Below, piece by piece: positions 37,721 to 50,544 of a DNA stretch of 64,000 nucleotides (its first letter is position 1; every line of letters begins with the position of its first letter). The DNA lies in the NCBI GenBank assembly GCA_013239625.1, contig MU053557.1, positions 1,185,063 through 1,249,062 on the forward strand, in the 5' to 3' direction. Source of the DNA: Lama guanicoe (Eukaryota). The notes below the pieces were generated by a model. That model saw only the letters and a program-made list of their open reading frames with translations. It ran no database searches and was not told the origin of the DNA. Made by a program: the position numbers and the translations under genes.

Positions 37721-39774
37721 ACAAAATATATAGGGTGGCTGTTAAATGGGGTCTTAAATTTTTCTACCTTTATGTAAAAGAAAAAAATAAAAATAGTGTT
37801 TTGATGTAATAATGTCAAGAGGATTTTAAATCATTGTAGTTTGTGATATAATTCAAAACCAGGTATTTATACTTATTTTTCTTTACCCTAGAACCTGGGA
37901 AGGAACCTAAAGCAAGAGTATTACATTCAAAATTCAAATTAAAATGCCACTGTAAAGTAATTTGAAGGACAAATTACATCAGACTTTTACAACTCATGAC
38001 AAATACCCTTACATAATAAATACATAGCAATTTACTACAGATAATCGATCATCATTTCTGAGTCTTTTGGAAAGGAATCGGGTTGGTGATGATCCCCACT
38101 GAGATTGATCTGACCTCTTCCTGCCATAAGATCAATCAAACTCCCCCCAAACCACCTTCTTCTACAACAGATAACAGAAGGCCACAAGCCAGAGACGTTC
38201 AAACAGATTTATTTAATGTATAACATGGAAGAGGCTGGAAATGACAAATGGCAGGAAGGTTTTTTTCCATCCTGTTCACCTGAAAAGAATGTAGCCTGTG
38301 ATAGATTTCCTTCCTTTTCTTGGAGAGGCAGGAGACTTTGAAGCTGTTGTCAGGCCATAGACTACCTGGGGAGCTCAGCTGTGGCCCAGAACACCACTGT
38401 GTAGCATGAACACACAGGCACGGGAGGTGACTTGAGATCACAGAACATAGATATTAATAAATAATAAAAGATAAAGTTAGATCAAGCCTGCTCGCAGAGT
38501 TGAAGATCAATGGATTTAACCAGGGAGAGGAGAAGTGTATTTATAGTTTCAGAGCTAATTCATATATTTTTCAACAACAGCCATAGTGTAGAGGTATGGC
38601 TGGGAATCAAAGTGGCTTCTAATACAAAGGTCAGTGTGAATAACCCAACTGACAAGGGTTACATAGAAAGAATTAAATATCATAACCAAAGATACATGAA
38701 GAAGATCTATACCAAGTTTCATGTGCTGGAAAAAAAGAGAAGCTTTCTCTCTTCTCCCAACTCCCAAGAATTAATACCTGAATTTTGTATTTTCTAAGTT
38801 GAATCTCAGGCAAGAAATTAATCTTTTATGATCCTGGTCACTAGGACATCATCATGACATTGACTCTTCAAATTTTGGGAAAAAAGAATGTATAAATTAT
38901 ACAGTCATTTTCAATTTTTTAATGCAACAGAAACTAATTTCCTAAAAAAATATATAATCATAACCCTTCTGTATGGATCAGATGAAAGAATAAAGGCTTT
39001 GAGTGAAGATATCACTGGATTCAGAGCCAGAAGATTTGGATTTGAATCCAGACTGTGGGTCTGGAAAGCAGAGTAAGTTAGGGGGAGGCAACCTGCATTT
39101 CTCATTGTGCATTTCCTCTGTAGTGGTAATCTCAATGTACTTACCTATTGCAGGGTAGGCATATTGAAATTAAATAAGATAATGAATGTGATAGCATTAC
39201 ACATACACACAAAAATTTTGCCGTAGAATTATAGGAAGTTCTTCCTACTGGAAATTGTCCTAATCATCTGTTCCATGTTCAGTGAATGAGGTAGGCCAGC
39301 TTCAGCTTACAGCTTACTTCACGACTATCTTCTTACAAGTCTTTTAAAAAGGAGAGATCCAACATTAACTAAAATATTGGATAGCCCCACTGAATTTTTG
39401 GAAAAGCAGATTTTGATCATGGAGGAAGAGAATAATCTCAAACATCTGTAAGCAAGTAAGTGATGACGAAAGGGACCAACTAAGTAAGAGGAGATACTGA
39501 AGACTTTCATGCTAAGAATCCAAAAGACATCAATTTTAATCATTAAAAAATATGATTACACCAAATGATGACAAATAGATATTTGGATCATCCTTTTAAA
39601 TAGTTGGGTTTTTCCCTTTTTTTTTTTTTAGATGTTTAGGGTCTTGTAAAAATAAAAGGTGTCTTTGTGTGTGCAGATAGATGATAAATAAATATTATAA
39701 AATGTGTTGACATAAGGAAAAACAAAAAATGCTTAAAATTCTAAATATATATTCTAGTTTATTGGCACACAAAG

Positions 39775-40280
39775 ATTAATCAGGACTTGGTCAGTCACGT
39801 GTGACAGAAGCCCAGTTCAAACTTCTTTATCCAAAAAAAATAAAGTGAGGGAGGTGGAGGAACTAATGGACATGATAGGGAAATCAAGGCAGGAGTTCTG
39901 GCTTTAAGCGATATAGGACATGGAGGTTCAGGTAATGCCATCAGTCTTGTGTTCCTTTCCCCGCTTCCCCCAGGCTATTCTAGTCTTTAGATCTCTCCTC
40001 ACCACAGCACAGACATTATAAACTGCTCCAGTTTATAGTCCTACATGTCATAATCCCCAGAACCCTCTCCACAGTGGCTCCATCAGTTATTTTGAAACAA
40101 ACACTGATTGGACCTGTTTAGAGGACCAGTCCTCTTTTTTTTTTTCCCCTAAGTATTCTACATTGGGTGTTCTAATTGGTCAGTCTGGATTAGATGCCCA
40201 TCCCTATGGCTGGGAAGTAGGATTGATAGCATTAGCACATGGAACGGAGGGGAGGGGTGATTCTTGAAAGGACAGAGGCC
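39775..40280 (-). mobile_element. MLT1 LTR
   Basis: 'gtgacagaagcccagttcaaac' and 'ctaattggtcagtctggattagatgcccatcc'. Confidence 0.7.
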
Positions 40281-43104
40281 ATTAAAGTAATAATAAGAAC
40301 ACTCGCCCACTATTGGTTCTTTTAATGAGTTTATTCTTGATATATTTTAGAGGCATGAATACTGAGAGAAGAAACAGGCTCCCTTCAATGGTGGCACTGG
40401 TAAACTTGCATTCCTTAGTCAAGGTGACCACTCTTGAACTGTGATACTCAAGCTGGGATGTCAGAGTACGCTGATAGCAGCCCATGAACTGATGAGATGT
40501 GGGCTTCTGCTGGGATTTTACAGCGAGGTCAAAGCTGAAACAAACTCCTGGTTTTGAAGTTAGAGAAATCAAACAATCCCTCTGACCTAGAAAGGCGTTC
40601 ATGGAGAGAACTAAAGTATTGACTCCTTTTGCATTGTGTCGCCGAGCTCTGACCCTGCCCTGAACAGTGGGACTTCACGTACCAGGCATCCACAGAGGCT
40701 CATCCCGTTAAATACAGAGCCCTGCCTGAAGTACCCTTTAAAATAGATTTTAGAAAACAAACCAACATGCTTTCAGACCTTCACAGCAATATTCACTTGG
40801 AAGAGTCACATGCAGATAGAAGCTATGAAAAAAAAGTGTTAAGATTCACTGATATCAAGAAACAAAAACTGATTTCATGTATCTCAATAAAAAGTTGACT
40901 TCTTCGGTGGCTCTGGTACAGTCATACAAATAAAAGAATATCTGAAGAAAAATGAAACCCAGGTGGCCCCAGGGGTCTTTGTAGCAGAAAGGAGAAAAGC
41001 ATCTCATCAGGAAGCAGCTGCTGGGGCAGATGTGCTGTAACCAGTGTTTCTGCTCTTGAGTCCCCGTACACCAAGGCACAGTGCAGCCTCACTGCAGATC
41101 TGGGTCTGAGTTCTGAGTCACGACTCAGTGACTGGCTTCTTGGTCTTGGATAGTTGCCTCAGTTATAAGTGGAAAAATAGCAGCATCTAGTTTATTGGCC
41201 TGTTGAGGGGCACTTCAAGGGCTCAGGTTGGTGCCTGCACAACTCAAAATCCTTAAGTTGCAGTATTATAATTGTACATAGGATTCAAAGCCCCAGAAGG
41301 TAAAGTCCAAGCATTGCATCTTGGGTGATGAAGCTATCAAATCCACACTGAAGGAGGAGACCTATTTCCCCAAGGAGTACCCCAGCAGAAGAGGAGGTGT
41401 GGAAGCTGGGGGGCAAAGCATAGCAAGCGTCCACGAGAGTCACCAACCTAGGGGACTCACAACTCCATTCGACTTCCTCATGCATTTCACTGGATGCGGG
41501 CATCCTAAGGACAGTGACTGGGTTTCATAAAAGAGACACTGAGCGTCTGGTGACCTGGTGATACATTAACATGGAAGAGGGCATCCTGGTATTCACAGCT
41601 ACAAAAAAGTCCCAGTTTACACAAATCCAATGCATATAGAAAAGCAAATAGCACGCATAGTCACTTGTGGCGTAATGCAAGAGAGCATCTGTTAATTCTT
41701 TCAAACACCATTACATTTATTGAAGAGGGCCTTGTTCATGACTGCTGTCTGGTCCCAGGCAGCGTGGAAAAAGCCAGAAGGCAGTCTGGGATACACTGCT
41801 CTGTGTCTAAACTTTACTTGTTTATTGCTGCTGTCTTGACTTTTTTGACATGTTATTGAATGAAAACAAATAAATATAGAGTTTATTCTTCAGCTCTGAC
41901 AAAGTTTGATAAATGCTTATTTAACTTTTTGGCAGTTATGAGTAACAAATAAAGGAGCATCTTGAAGTAAGACCTGACTAAAACTTGCTCTGGTTTTGCT
42001 TACACAAAATCTCTAGGAACCAGGAATTGAAATGTCTCTCTACCCTGAGTTTTTTTTTTTTTTCTTTTATCACTGAGTACATCCATTTACACGTTCTGTC
42101 TACGGTTGTTCTGGGCTGTTAGGCTGCTACTTTGATTTATTTTAGTTTTCATTTCACAGTGGAAGGAAAAATGAGCCATTAAGCACTTGGCTTTGGACGA
42201 AAGATCTCCCAGGATACAATGAATGGCGTGCCTTTCCAAAACAGACCTGGGGCGGGGGTAGGGGGAGAAGTTTAGCAGATTAAGTTTCAGCTATATTCTA
42301 GTTTGGGCGTCGCACTTTTCAGATCTCCTGGAGTTATGGATCTTTGAAGATAAGAAGTAAGGAGAGAGAATTGTTCTAATCCTCTTTTCCATTCTGTCTA
42401 AACCAAGCAAGTGTGTGAATCGGTGTCATGCACTGCTTTCTGGTGACCTGTGTAATTTCTGCTGAGAGAAAGCAACCCAGACATCCCAGTCTTTGATTGC
42501 ACTCCTTGACGTTTCCAGCCCTCAGGAGAGTTGGATCCATCCAGGCAATGGATTAGAACAGTGAAATAGCAATATCCATGAGGCAATGCATTTTACCTAT
42601 TACTGTGTGAACCAGAATTAGAGCATCTCATGAGAGGTTGAAAAGGGCAGTATATGAGCATTTCATTAGTAAATGAAATAATGGTAATCTTACTTGTTAT
42701 GGGAAGGCAGTGGTGCCTGTAGTGTGCCTGGTTTAATATTTATTCAGTGTACATAAAGCTAAGATTGTTGCTCTGATAAACTAAGTAGGACAAGTTGTGT
42801 ACCTTGCATATCCTCGAGTGAGACTAAGAGTTACACGACAGTGGAGGCCAAGCACATGATGGAAATAAGTGAAGCAGTAGGGGGTAGTATGAACTGGAGA
42901 TGCATGTCTAGTTGAAAAATGCAGTGACTATGGGTTTTAGGCAGTAGTCTGCAAGTAGGACTATAACCAAAGAGGCTAGATGTTCTGATTTTTTCTTAAA
43001 TTTTCAATGTAAGACTATTAAAAATAATCCATATCAGACCAACAAAACACATCCATGGACTACCATTTTGACATGTGTATAAATTTTTAAACTATAAAAG
43101 GTAA

Positions 43105-43295
43105 TATAGAGTAATGATTAGAAACCTAAACTTTTAACAGAGCCTAGTTGAAATCTCCCTCTGTCTATTAACTGAGTGATCTTGGAGTCACTAAAAGTTT
43201 CTGGTTCTCAGTAACCTCAATTGTAAAAAGAATGGAATATCAAACTTTCAGAGTTGTTGCTAAAATTGAGATAATACATGTAAAGTGCATAAATA
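43105..43295 (+). mobile_element. MIR SINE
   Basis: 'actgagtgatcttggagtcact..ctcagtaacctcaattgtaaaa..gagataatacatgtaaagtgc'. Confidence 0.7.
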
Positions 43296-43429
43296 GGGGA
43301 CAATGATGATAATGATGATTAACAAAAGTAACCCCAAAACTTCTTACACCTCAGATTCCTAGAGTCCCATCACATGTCATGTAGGCTGAGTGTTTTAGTC
43401 TTCTGAAAAAAACACTAGTGGAGATTACT

Positions 43430-43640
43430 CCATGAAAGGCACCATGCAGAGTCTTTTTATGTGCATTTTATATGCATAATTTAATCCTCATAAGTTTAGA
43501 AGAAGGTACTATTATTATAGTACCATATCACAGCTAAGCAAACTGAGGCCAGACTAAGCCATTTGCACAAGGTCTCAAGGTAAATGGAGGAATTGAAATT
43601 CAAACCAAATCTGTCTGAATGTAAAACAGAACTAATCATG
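43430..43640 (-). mobile_element. MIR SINE
   Basis: 'atttaatcctcataa..aaactgaggccaga..ttgcacaaggtctca..aattcaaaccaaatctgtctga'. Confidence 0.8.
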
Positions 43641-44674
43641 GCCTTGAACATAAATTGTCTGCGTACTTCAGTGTGTATCAGGGGTGGACAAGAAGAAGTG
43701 AAATTAGACAATTCACAAATGAGAGAAGGATGGAAAGAGAAAGGAGCAGACACAAGCTATCAGAGTTAAGGAACTTTATGAAATTGCTATGAATATTCTT
43801 GGTAAGCATGGTGTTAGAGGCACAATACAAATGAGTAAGTTGTTTCTAATACCCACACTAAAGGTTTAAACTTCCTTTTGGAGGCATTAAAAAAAATCCC
43901 TGTGGAAATTTATCTTTGCATGTATCATAAAACTCAAGAATTATTTTCCTATAAAGAAATCCCTCTATAGCCAACTTGTCCAACAGAAATATTTAGCAAA
44001 CAAGGCAATACCTGCATGAACTAAAACCACAGGTCAGAGCATCCTTGTGGAAGTGAAGAATAGCAAAGCAAAGGAAGAAGAAGCAGTCGGATGGAATATA
44101 CTGTAAAATGGTACACACTGTACCTGCTTGCACGCAGCATCATGCTGTGTGGACATTAGAGAGCTAAACTCATGGAGCTCTGAATTCCTTGAAGAACGTG
44201 GCAGGATTAGGCTTAGCTGTGGGTGTAAGTTAATTCACCAGAACAGCGAACAGACCTGGGAGACAGTGACAGTCACTGAAGACAGGATTTTGATGGATGA
44301 ATGTCTCAGCGCTGGGTGCACAGTGCTCTGTAGTGCCCATGCGCCCCAGAGACAGAGTCAGGCCAGGAACGGTGCACATTGCAGGCACTGCATGGGCGTT
44401 CCCTGAGAAGAGTATGTATTAGGAGCGAGAAAAAACCAGAAATTGGAGAGGCTGAAGGGAGAAGTTACAAAAATGTGTGTGTGTGTGTATGTGTTTCTAT
44501 AACTGTCAGAGGAGGAGAAAAACACAATACAGTGGAGTTTTCCTATTGTAGTAGTGAATTCGTGTTCCGAGAGTGACCACCACGTTGGTGACACTTGGGG
44601 AAAACCAAGAGGACTTCCTCCTTCTTGAACGTGTTAGGATACCTAAACCTCTTACCTGTTATTTTTATGATTAT

Positions 44675-44925
44675 CACTAGCTAATATTTGGCAAGAGTTC
44701 TTAATGTGGTAAATGCTGTTCTAAGGACTCTATATCCTTTATTTCAAAAATTTACACGAGCCTCATATGGTACCTGTGATTACCCACAACTTTCGGAGAG
44801 AAAATGAAGGATCATGAAGGTTGTGATTTGCTCAGGGCACCCAACTAGCAAGGGGCAAATCTCAGAGTCAAACACAGAATGATCTGACTCCAAAGCTCAT
44901 ATCCTTTCTACTCTGTTATGCTGTA
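44675..44925 (-). mobile_element. MIR SINE
   Basis: 'gatttgctcagggcacccaactagcaa..tctgactccaaagctcat'. Confidence 0.7.
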
Positions 44926-46329
44926 CTTAATTTTCTTAAGACAGGTTAAGTGTCTCTTTCAAAAATGTGGTATTACCAGGGATAATGTGTTTTGTGGAAT
45001 CAGCTTTGGACTGGAGGTAGGAGATGGGAATGCACTCTTTTCTCTCTCACTCAGTGCTGCTTTTACTTAGCTGTGGGAATCTGGGCATCCATTTTCTTCT
45101 CTATAAAAGGAGAGACTTAAAGTAATGTCTTAATTTATTCCAGCTCTGATTTCTGTGTCTCCAGTCCTCTCAGTGGTGTATAAGGGTTAGTAGATGCTAG
45201 GAGACACCTACGTATGGAATTCAAGGGACAATTAATAACAGGTAATTGAGTCTTTTTATTGCTTAATGTTAAAGGTGTTGAATATCATTTCTTTTTGAGC
45301 CTATATGTTCCCTGTGCAATATGCATTTCAGCCAATAAGGAGCAGAGTCAGAGAGGTTACCCGTCCCCAGGCCCATACTGGGTAAAGCTGGAGTTCCTCT
45401 TGGTCATTCTGTTTCCAAACTCCATCCTCTTCAATACCAAGTGATACCTTTCAATGACTACCTTTAGGCATAATTAGGAAAGAAGATCCTTTTAACCAGT
45501 TGTCTTATTCTGGCAAAAGTAAAAGTAGATACTGATGAGTGGCCTTACTAATCGGAGTAGTTTTCAGAGCTTCATGAAAAAAATTAAATAAAGAGAAAAC
45601 TCCGTATGGAATAATAGTGCACAGCCTTTTCACCAATGATTTGTAATTACTTTGATTTTGTTGATTCCATTTTGGGGAACGAGAAGAACGAAATGATGGC
45701 CAACCATTGGGAAATCAATAGTTTCACAGCATGGTTAGTAAGTCACTCTAAAATTTGCTCATAATCAACCAGAACACAGTCAGTTTGATTGGTAAAGCGA
45801 CAGCCAAAACTTGATTATGGCCTTCTCTCTGTGGCAAAATAAACGGGGAGACAGGCCATAGATATGTTGTTGGCGGCTTTTCTTAGCATCTGGTTGGATC
45901 AGCTGCTTATTTCTAATTATTCCTAAATTATGACTTACCTTAATCTCTCTACAATCTCAAATTGTTCTTCAGTGGTGTTCGGCATATTGGATTGCAGATG
46001 TCATATTAACTCATAAAGCAGCTCACACCATTTGTGGATAAATAATTCTGATGAATGTGGAGTTTTCCTGAAATTGAACTGAAAGCTGTTTCTTTGTATC
46101 TGCCTCTCGTGGGGACCTTATAGAGTCGTCACTTCACCTTTTCTCCCTCAGAAATGAGTTAGAATTTTTCAGTGACTTTCTTTTAAGTTATCTTTGAAAT
46201 TGAGGATATGCTGACTTGTAATTTCTTATATTACTACAGACTCCCATTATTCCTTTTAGACCTAGGGCTTACACAGATATAAATTTAAGAAAATGACTGT
46301 TTAACTTTCTCAGCTAAAATGTATGTGTA

Positions 46330-46560
46330 TTTTTACTTTCAGCCATGCATTTCCAAGCACATTACAGGAATTTTCTTATATAATCTTCACAGCAACCTTG
46401 TGATTTATTATTTACTCTCTACAAGCAAATGAACTAAGATCGAGGGAGCTTAACTAGCCTGAGTCACGTGGCTAATAATCTGACATTATGGCATCACATT
46501 TGGCATCCAAATTCAAGTCCATAGAACGCCATGATGCTGGCTTTGCTCCATGTACTATTC
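46330..46560 (-). mobile_element. MIR SINE
   Basis: 'taatcttcacagcaaccttgtga..gtcacgtggctaataa'. Confidence 0.6.
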
Positions 46561-47509
46561 TGCCATCTCCCAGACTGAGCCTCTCAAAGGCAAGGTCTGT
46601 TTCATTGATCATGGTATCCCAATGATTAATAAAGTATCTGCTGTGTAATTGGCGCAAACATATATTTCACTAAGTAGGACTATAAATTCCAAAAAATATC
46701 CATTCATATCCTATTTTATATGAAAAATGTTTGTCAGTGAATTCAGTTGAACCCTTCAGTATTATCAGTGTTCAATTTACAGATCTTTGTCTAAATTCTT
46801 TAATCTCCCTTTGCCTTTTTTGTTTTCCATGGAATATTTTGGAATATGTTGGAATGTTTTGAATACATATTTATTTTGGAATATATTGGAAGAACTAATT
46901 ATTTTGCATTACTTGGAATATTTTCTCAAACCTCAGATCATATAAGGTTAAAGCTTATTTTTATGTAACCTTCATATATTTATTTGTTCTTAGTTCTTTT
47001 CTAAAATTGTAATATATTGCACTTTTGACCTGAGAAAGGAGACAGATTTACCCAAGAGTGTCCATTAAAGGAGTTTAAGCATTGGCCTTTTTCACATGGA
47101 ATCATTGTCCTTTTACCAAAAGACTTCATAAGTGATGAAAAAATCATTATCATCAAAAGTACGTTTATTAAAATGGAAAACAAAATCCATAGTCTCAAGT
47201 AGGCCAAGTTAAAAAGGAACAATCTATGTTGTTAAATAATAATGTTGTGTTATATAGGTATCATAAAATTCTGATTGTGTTTTCTGCATTTTGAGGTAGA
47301 TACATTTTTTCTAACCATGTGGGTTCCCTAACCAGCATGCATGGGATATGATAGGCAGGTGCATTTTTACTAACTGCAGTCTGATCTCTTATTGATGCCT
47401 CAAAGCCACAGACATAAATTCTTTCATACTAACATTGATAATTCTTATTGGAAACCATTATAACATTGTCTCCTTCTAATTAAGGCAAGTATCGCTCAAT
47501 AAATTTTGT

Positions 47510-48010
47510 TTATATTCGTTCATCAAATTTTTAAACAATACCTACACTAGGTCAGGCAGTCTTGTAGGTGTTGAAGACACCAGAGGGGAGGAACTTCATC
47601 CTTAAGGAGCTTAGTCGGGAGACAGACATATGAAGAAACACATTACAATACAAAATGAACAGTTGCTGCAATATAGCTACTTACAGGATGAGTGAGACGA
47701 CAAGGAAGATGTACCTAAGTTTGGACAAGCTAAAAAAAGTTTCGCGGAAACAGTAGGGTGCATTAAAATAAGAAGTTTAAGAAAACACAGTCAGTTGCTT
47801 AGAGGCATAAAGGAGCCCAGGATCTTTGAAAATCAGTAAAAGAATTTGGTAATACTAGAATGTAAGAAAAAGCAATGAGGTGAGAAAAGTGGACAAGGGC
47901 CAAATCACTGAGGACTTGACTATTTTTCAGAAGAATTTATATTTAGTCCAATGAGCAGTGGGGAAGAGGGGCAGAATTTTGAGCAGAAGAATGACATAAT
48001 CAGATGTGAG
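47510..48010 (-). mobile_element. L2 fragment
   Basis: 'attcgttcatcaaatt..cttaaggagcttagtcgggagacagac..tttgagcagaagaatgacataatcagat'. Confidence 0.75.
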
Positions 48011-48649
48011 TGCTCAATGCCACATTTATTTCAGGGGGATAACAATTGTGCTATTGACAGTGAGTCAATCCTAGCTCAGCTCCAGTGATTTGTGAGATTG
48101 CTGTCTGGTTTTCCCTGGTTCCATGTCTTATTTGCTGTAACCAGCACTAGGCTGATGAAAAGTCTTATTTAGAGGTGAGCATGACTGTCATTGTAGCTGT
48201 TACACAATATTCTGTGTTACTTCTTTTGACCTCCATGAGCACATTCTACTTACGTTGTCATGCAGTGTGATTCAGTTAGACTTTCCCTGAGACAATTCTC
48301 AGCCAATGCCTGTACATGGAATCACGGCTGCCTACCCATCATACATTCCAGAGCAGAGTGCTGATATGTAGAGATAAACAGAGAAGGAGACAGCTAATTC
48401 TCACCTTGTCCTGCCCAGAATCCTGATTACAGTTTGCTTTTAAGATGACCATCACCAATGCCTGGGAAGATATGTCAGATGCTAAGCATCACTAATAAAT
48501 TAGGGCAGTATAGCACTCTACGTGTCAGAAGAACACAGTGGACACGTTTAAGAATGTCATGACATACATATAGTTTTATTGAGACCCATGATCTTGAAGT
48601 CCCAATTTCAAGCTGACACCCAAGGGACATTTTACAAATGTCCTTTTTT

Positions 48650-49075
48650 TAAAAAATCCTTTTTATTTTGAAATCATTTTAGACTCACAAGTTGAAAAAA
48701 TAGTATAGAACGTTCCATGAACCCTTCCCCCAGGTTCCTCTGCTGGTAACATATTTCATAATTATAATGCTTTATCAAAACCAGAAAACTGATGTTCCTA
48801 TAACACTACTTTTTAAAAAAGGTTTATTGAAATATAGTCAGTGTGCAACGTTGTGTTTATTTCTGGTATACAGCATAGTGATTCAGTTATACACATGTAT
48901 ATATGTATACATAAATTTTCCTTTTCAAATTCTTTTTTATTACAGGCTATTACAAAGTATTGAATATAGTTCCCTGTGCTGTACAGTAGGACCTTGTTGT
49001 TTATCTATTTGATATACAGTTGGAGTTGCTACAACACTGTTAACTAAACTGCAGATCTTACTCATATTTAGTCAG
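48650..49075 (-). mobile_element. L1MC4/5-type 3' fragment, split by a younger L1
   Basis: 'ttttgaaatcattttagactcaca..aaatagtatagaacgttccatga..caaaaccagaaaactga' resumes at 'acactgttaactaaactgcag'. Confidence 0.75.
48810..49020 (-). mobile_element. 5'-truncated cetartiodactyl L1 3' end with TSD
   Basis: 'tttattgaaatatagtc..attgaatatagttccctgtgctgtacagtaggaccttgttg'; flanked by gttcctataacact (48794-48807) and gttgctacaacact (49025-49038). Confidence 0.9.
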
Positions 49076-49416
49076 GACTTCAATCATCAAAATTCATCTA
49101 CATTTTTTTCAGTTTTTACATGCTTCCTGATCCTTTCTGCTTTACACACGCTGTTCCATCTGCCCTGGGCACTTATCCCTGTTTCAGTAACTCAACTCTC
49201 ATGCCTATTGAATGCACATTCTGATTTAGCTATCTGCCTCCTCTTTCAGTTCTAGTTCATATGTCATTTCCTAAGGGAGGCCTTCGAGGTGCCCCTGCCC
49301 CCAAATAGGGTATTTCTGCCTTATGTGTACTCTCATAGCCTCTGTCCTTCTCCTTCTTGCATTAATTATAGTTAAAAACAAATAACTAATAAGTTTCATG
49401 GTAATGTGTGAGGATG

Positions 49417-49927
49417 GTGATGATGAATTTTGTGTGTCCACTTGCCTGGGCTAAGGGATGCTCAGATAGCAGGGAACGCATTACTTCTGTGTGTGTCCAT
49501 GAGGTTGTCTTTGGAAGAGATCAGCATTTGAATCAGTTGACTGAGTAAAGACGGTCCTCCTCAGCAATGTGGGTGAGGCATCATCCAGTGCACTGAGGGC
49601 CTGAGCAGGACAGAAAGTCAGAGGAAGTGTGAATGTGCTTGCTCTGCTTGAACTGAGACATCTGTCTTCTTCTTCCCTTAGACATCAGTGCTCCTGTTCT
49701 CTGGCCTTTGGACTTGGACTTACATCACCAGCTCCTCTGGTCTTGAGGGTACAGACCCAGACTGAATGACACCACTGGCTTTCCTGGGTCTTCAGCTTGC
49801 AGACAGCAGATCACCGGACTTCCCAGCCTTCATAATTAGGTAAGCCAACCCCTGTAATAAACCTCCTCTTACATACATCTGTACCTATACTGTTGGTTCT
49901 TTCCTCTGGAGGACCCTGACTAATACA
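49417..49927 (+). mobile_element. MLT2B-type ERVL solo LTR
   Basis: 'gtgatgatgaattttgtgtgtccacttgcctgggctaagggatgc' through 'tctggaggaccctgactaataca', with AATAAA at ~49857. Confidence 0.92.
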
Positions 49928-50544
49928 GAGATGGAGAAAATAAACATGCATTATTTCAAGGTCTTCCAGTTTATCATGAAAGAATAAGACGTATTGTTCT
50001 CTTTCTCTCAAAGTAAAGCAGGCAGGGCCTCCCTGGTACTTTCTGGATTCAAGCCAGCACTTCATTAAAAATCTGTAGATGACACTGAGACACCATTGGA
50101 TGGGGTGTAGAGGTTGACTCACAATGTTTAATGTTCTTAGTAAAGGAAATGTTTTACTGCTTTATTTGACTTGGGAGTCTCTTAAGTACAGGTAAATTCC
50201 TTTTTATTCAACATTCAGAATTTCTGTAGCATTACACTAGATAATATGGAATAAATGCACATGGTTAGATATTTGTTCTCATTCAGTTTTTAAGAGATAG
50301 CAAGTGAATGTAATTAGCAAATGCATCATCCATCCCTGTATTCACTCAGCCATCTGTATTTAACAAATCTTCATACAGCAAGAGTTCTGGTTTAGGTCCT
50401 CCAAGGAGGAGATAAAGTTAAACTCATGCCCAGATAGCACTTATAGCATAGAAAGAATATGGAAAATTATGTGGAGTGACGGAGAGGAGGTAAGTAGAAT
50501 AGACATCAATAGAAATTAAGAAGTGCATGTTTAAAAGTTTTTAT

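Noticed and set aside
42136..42262. Strong + strand acceptor TTTTCATTTCACAG at ~42159
   Set aside because: No good donor downstream and no recognisable peptide; isolated acceptors are common.
48404..48460. 57-nt minus-strand exon candidate (ALVMVILKANCNQDSGQDK)
   Set aside because: Modest acceptor, and its phase hits a stop when joined to the exon candidate at 46067; treated as a pseudo-exon.
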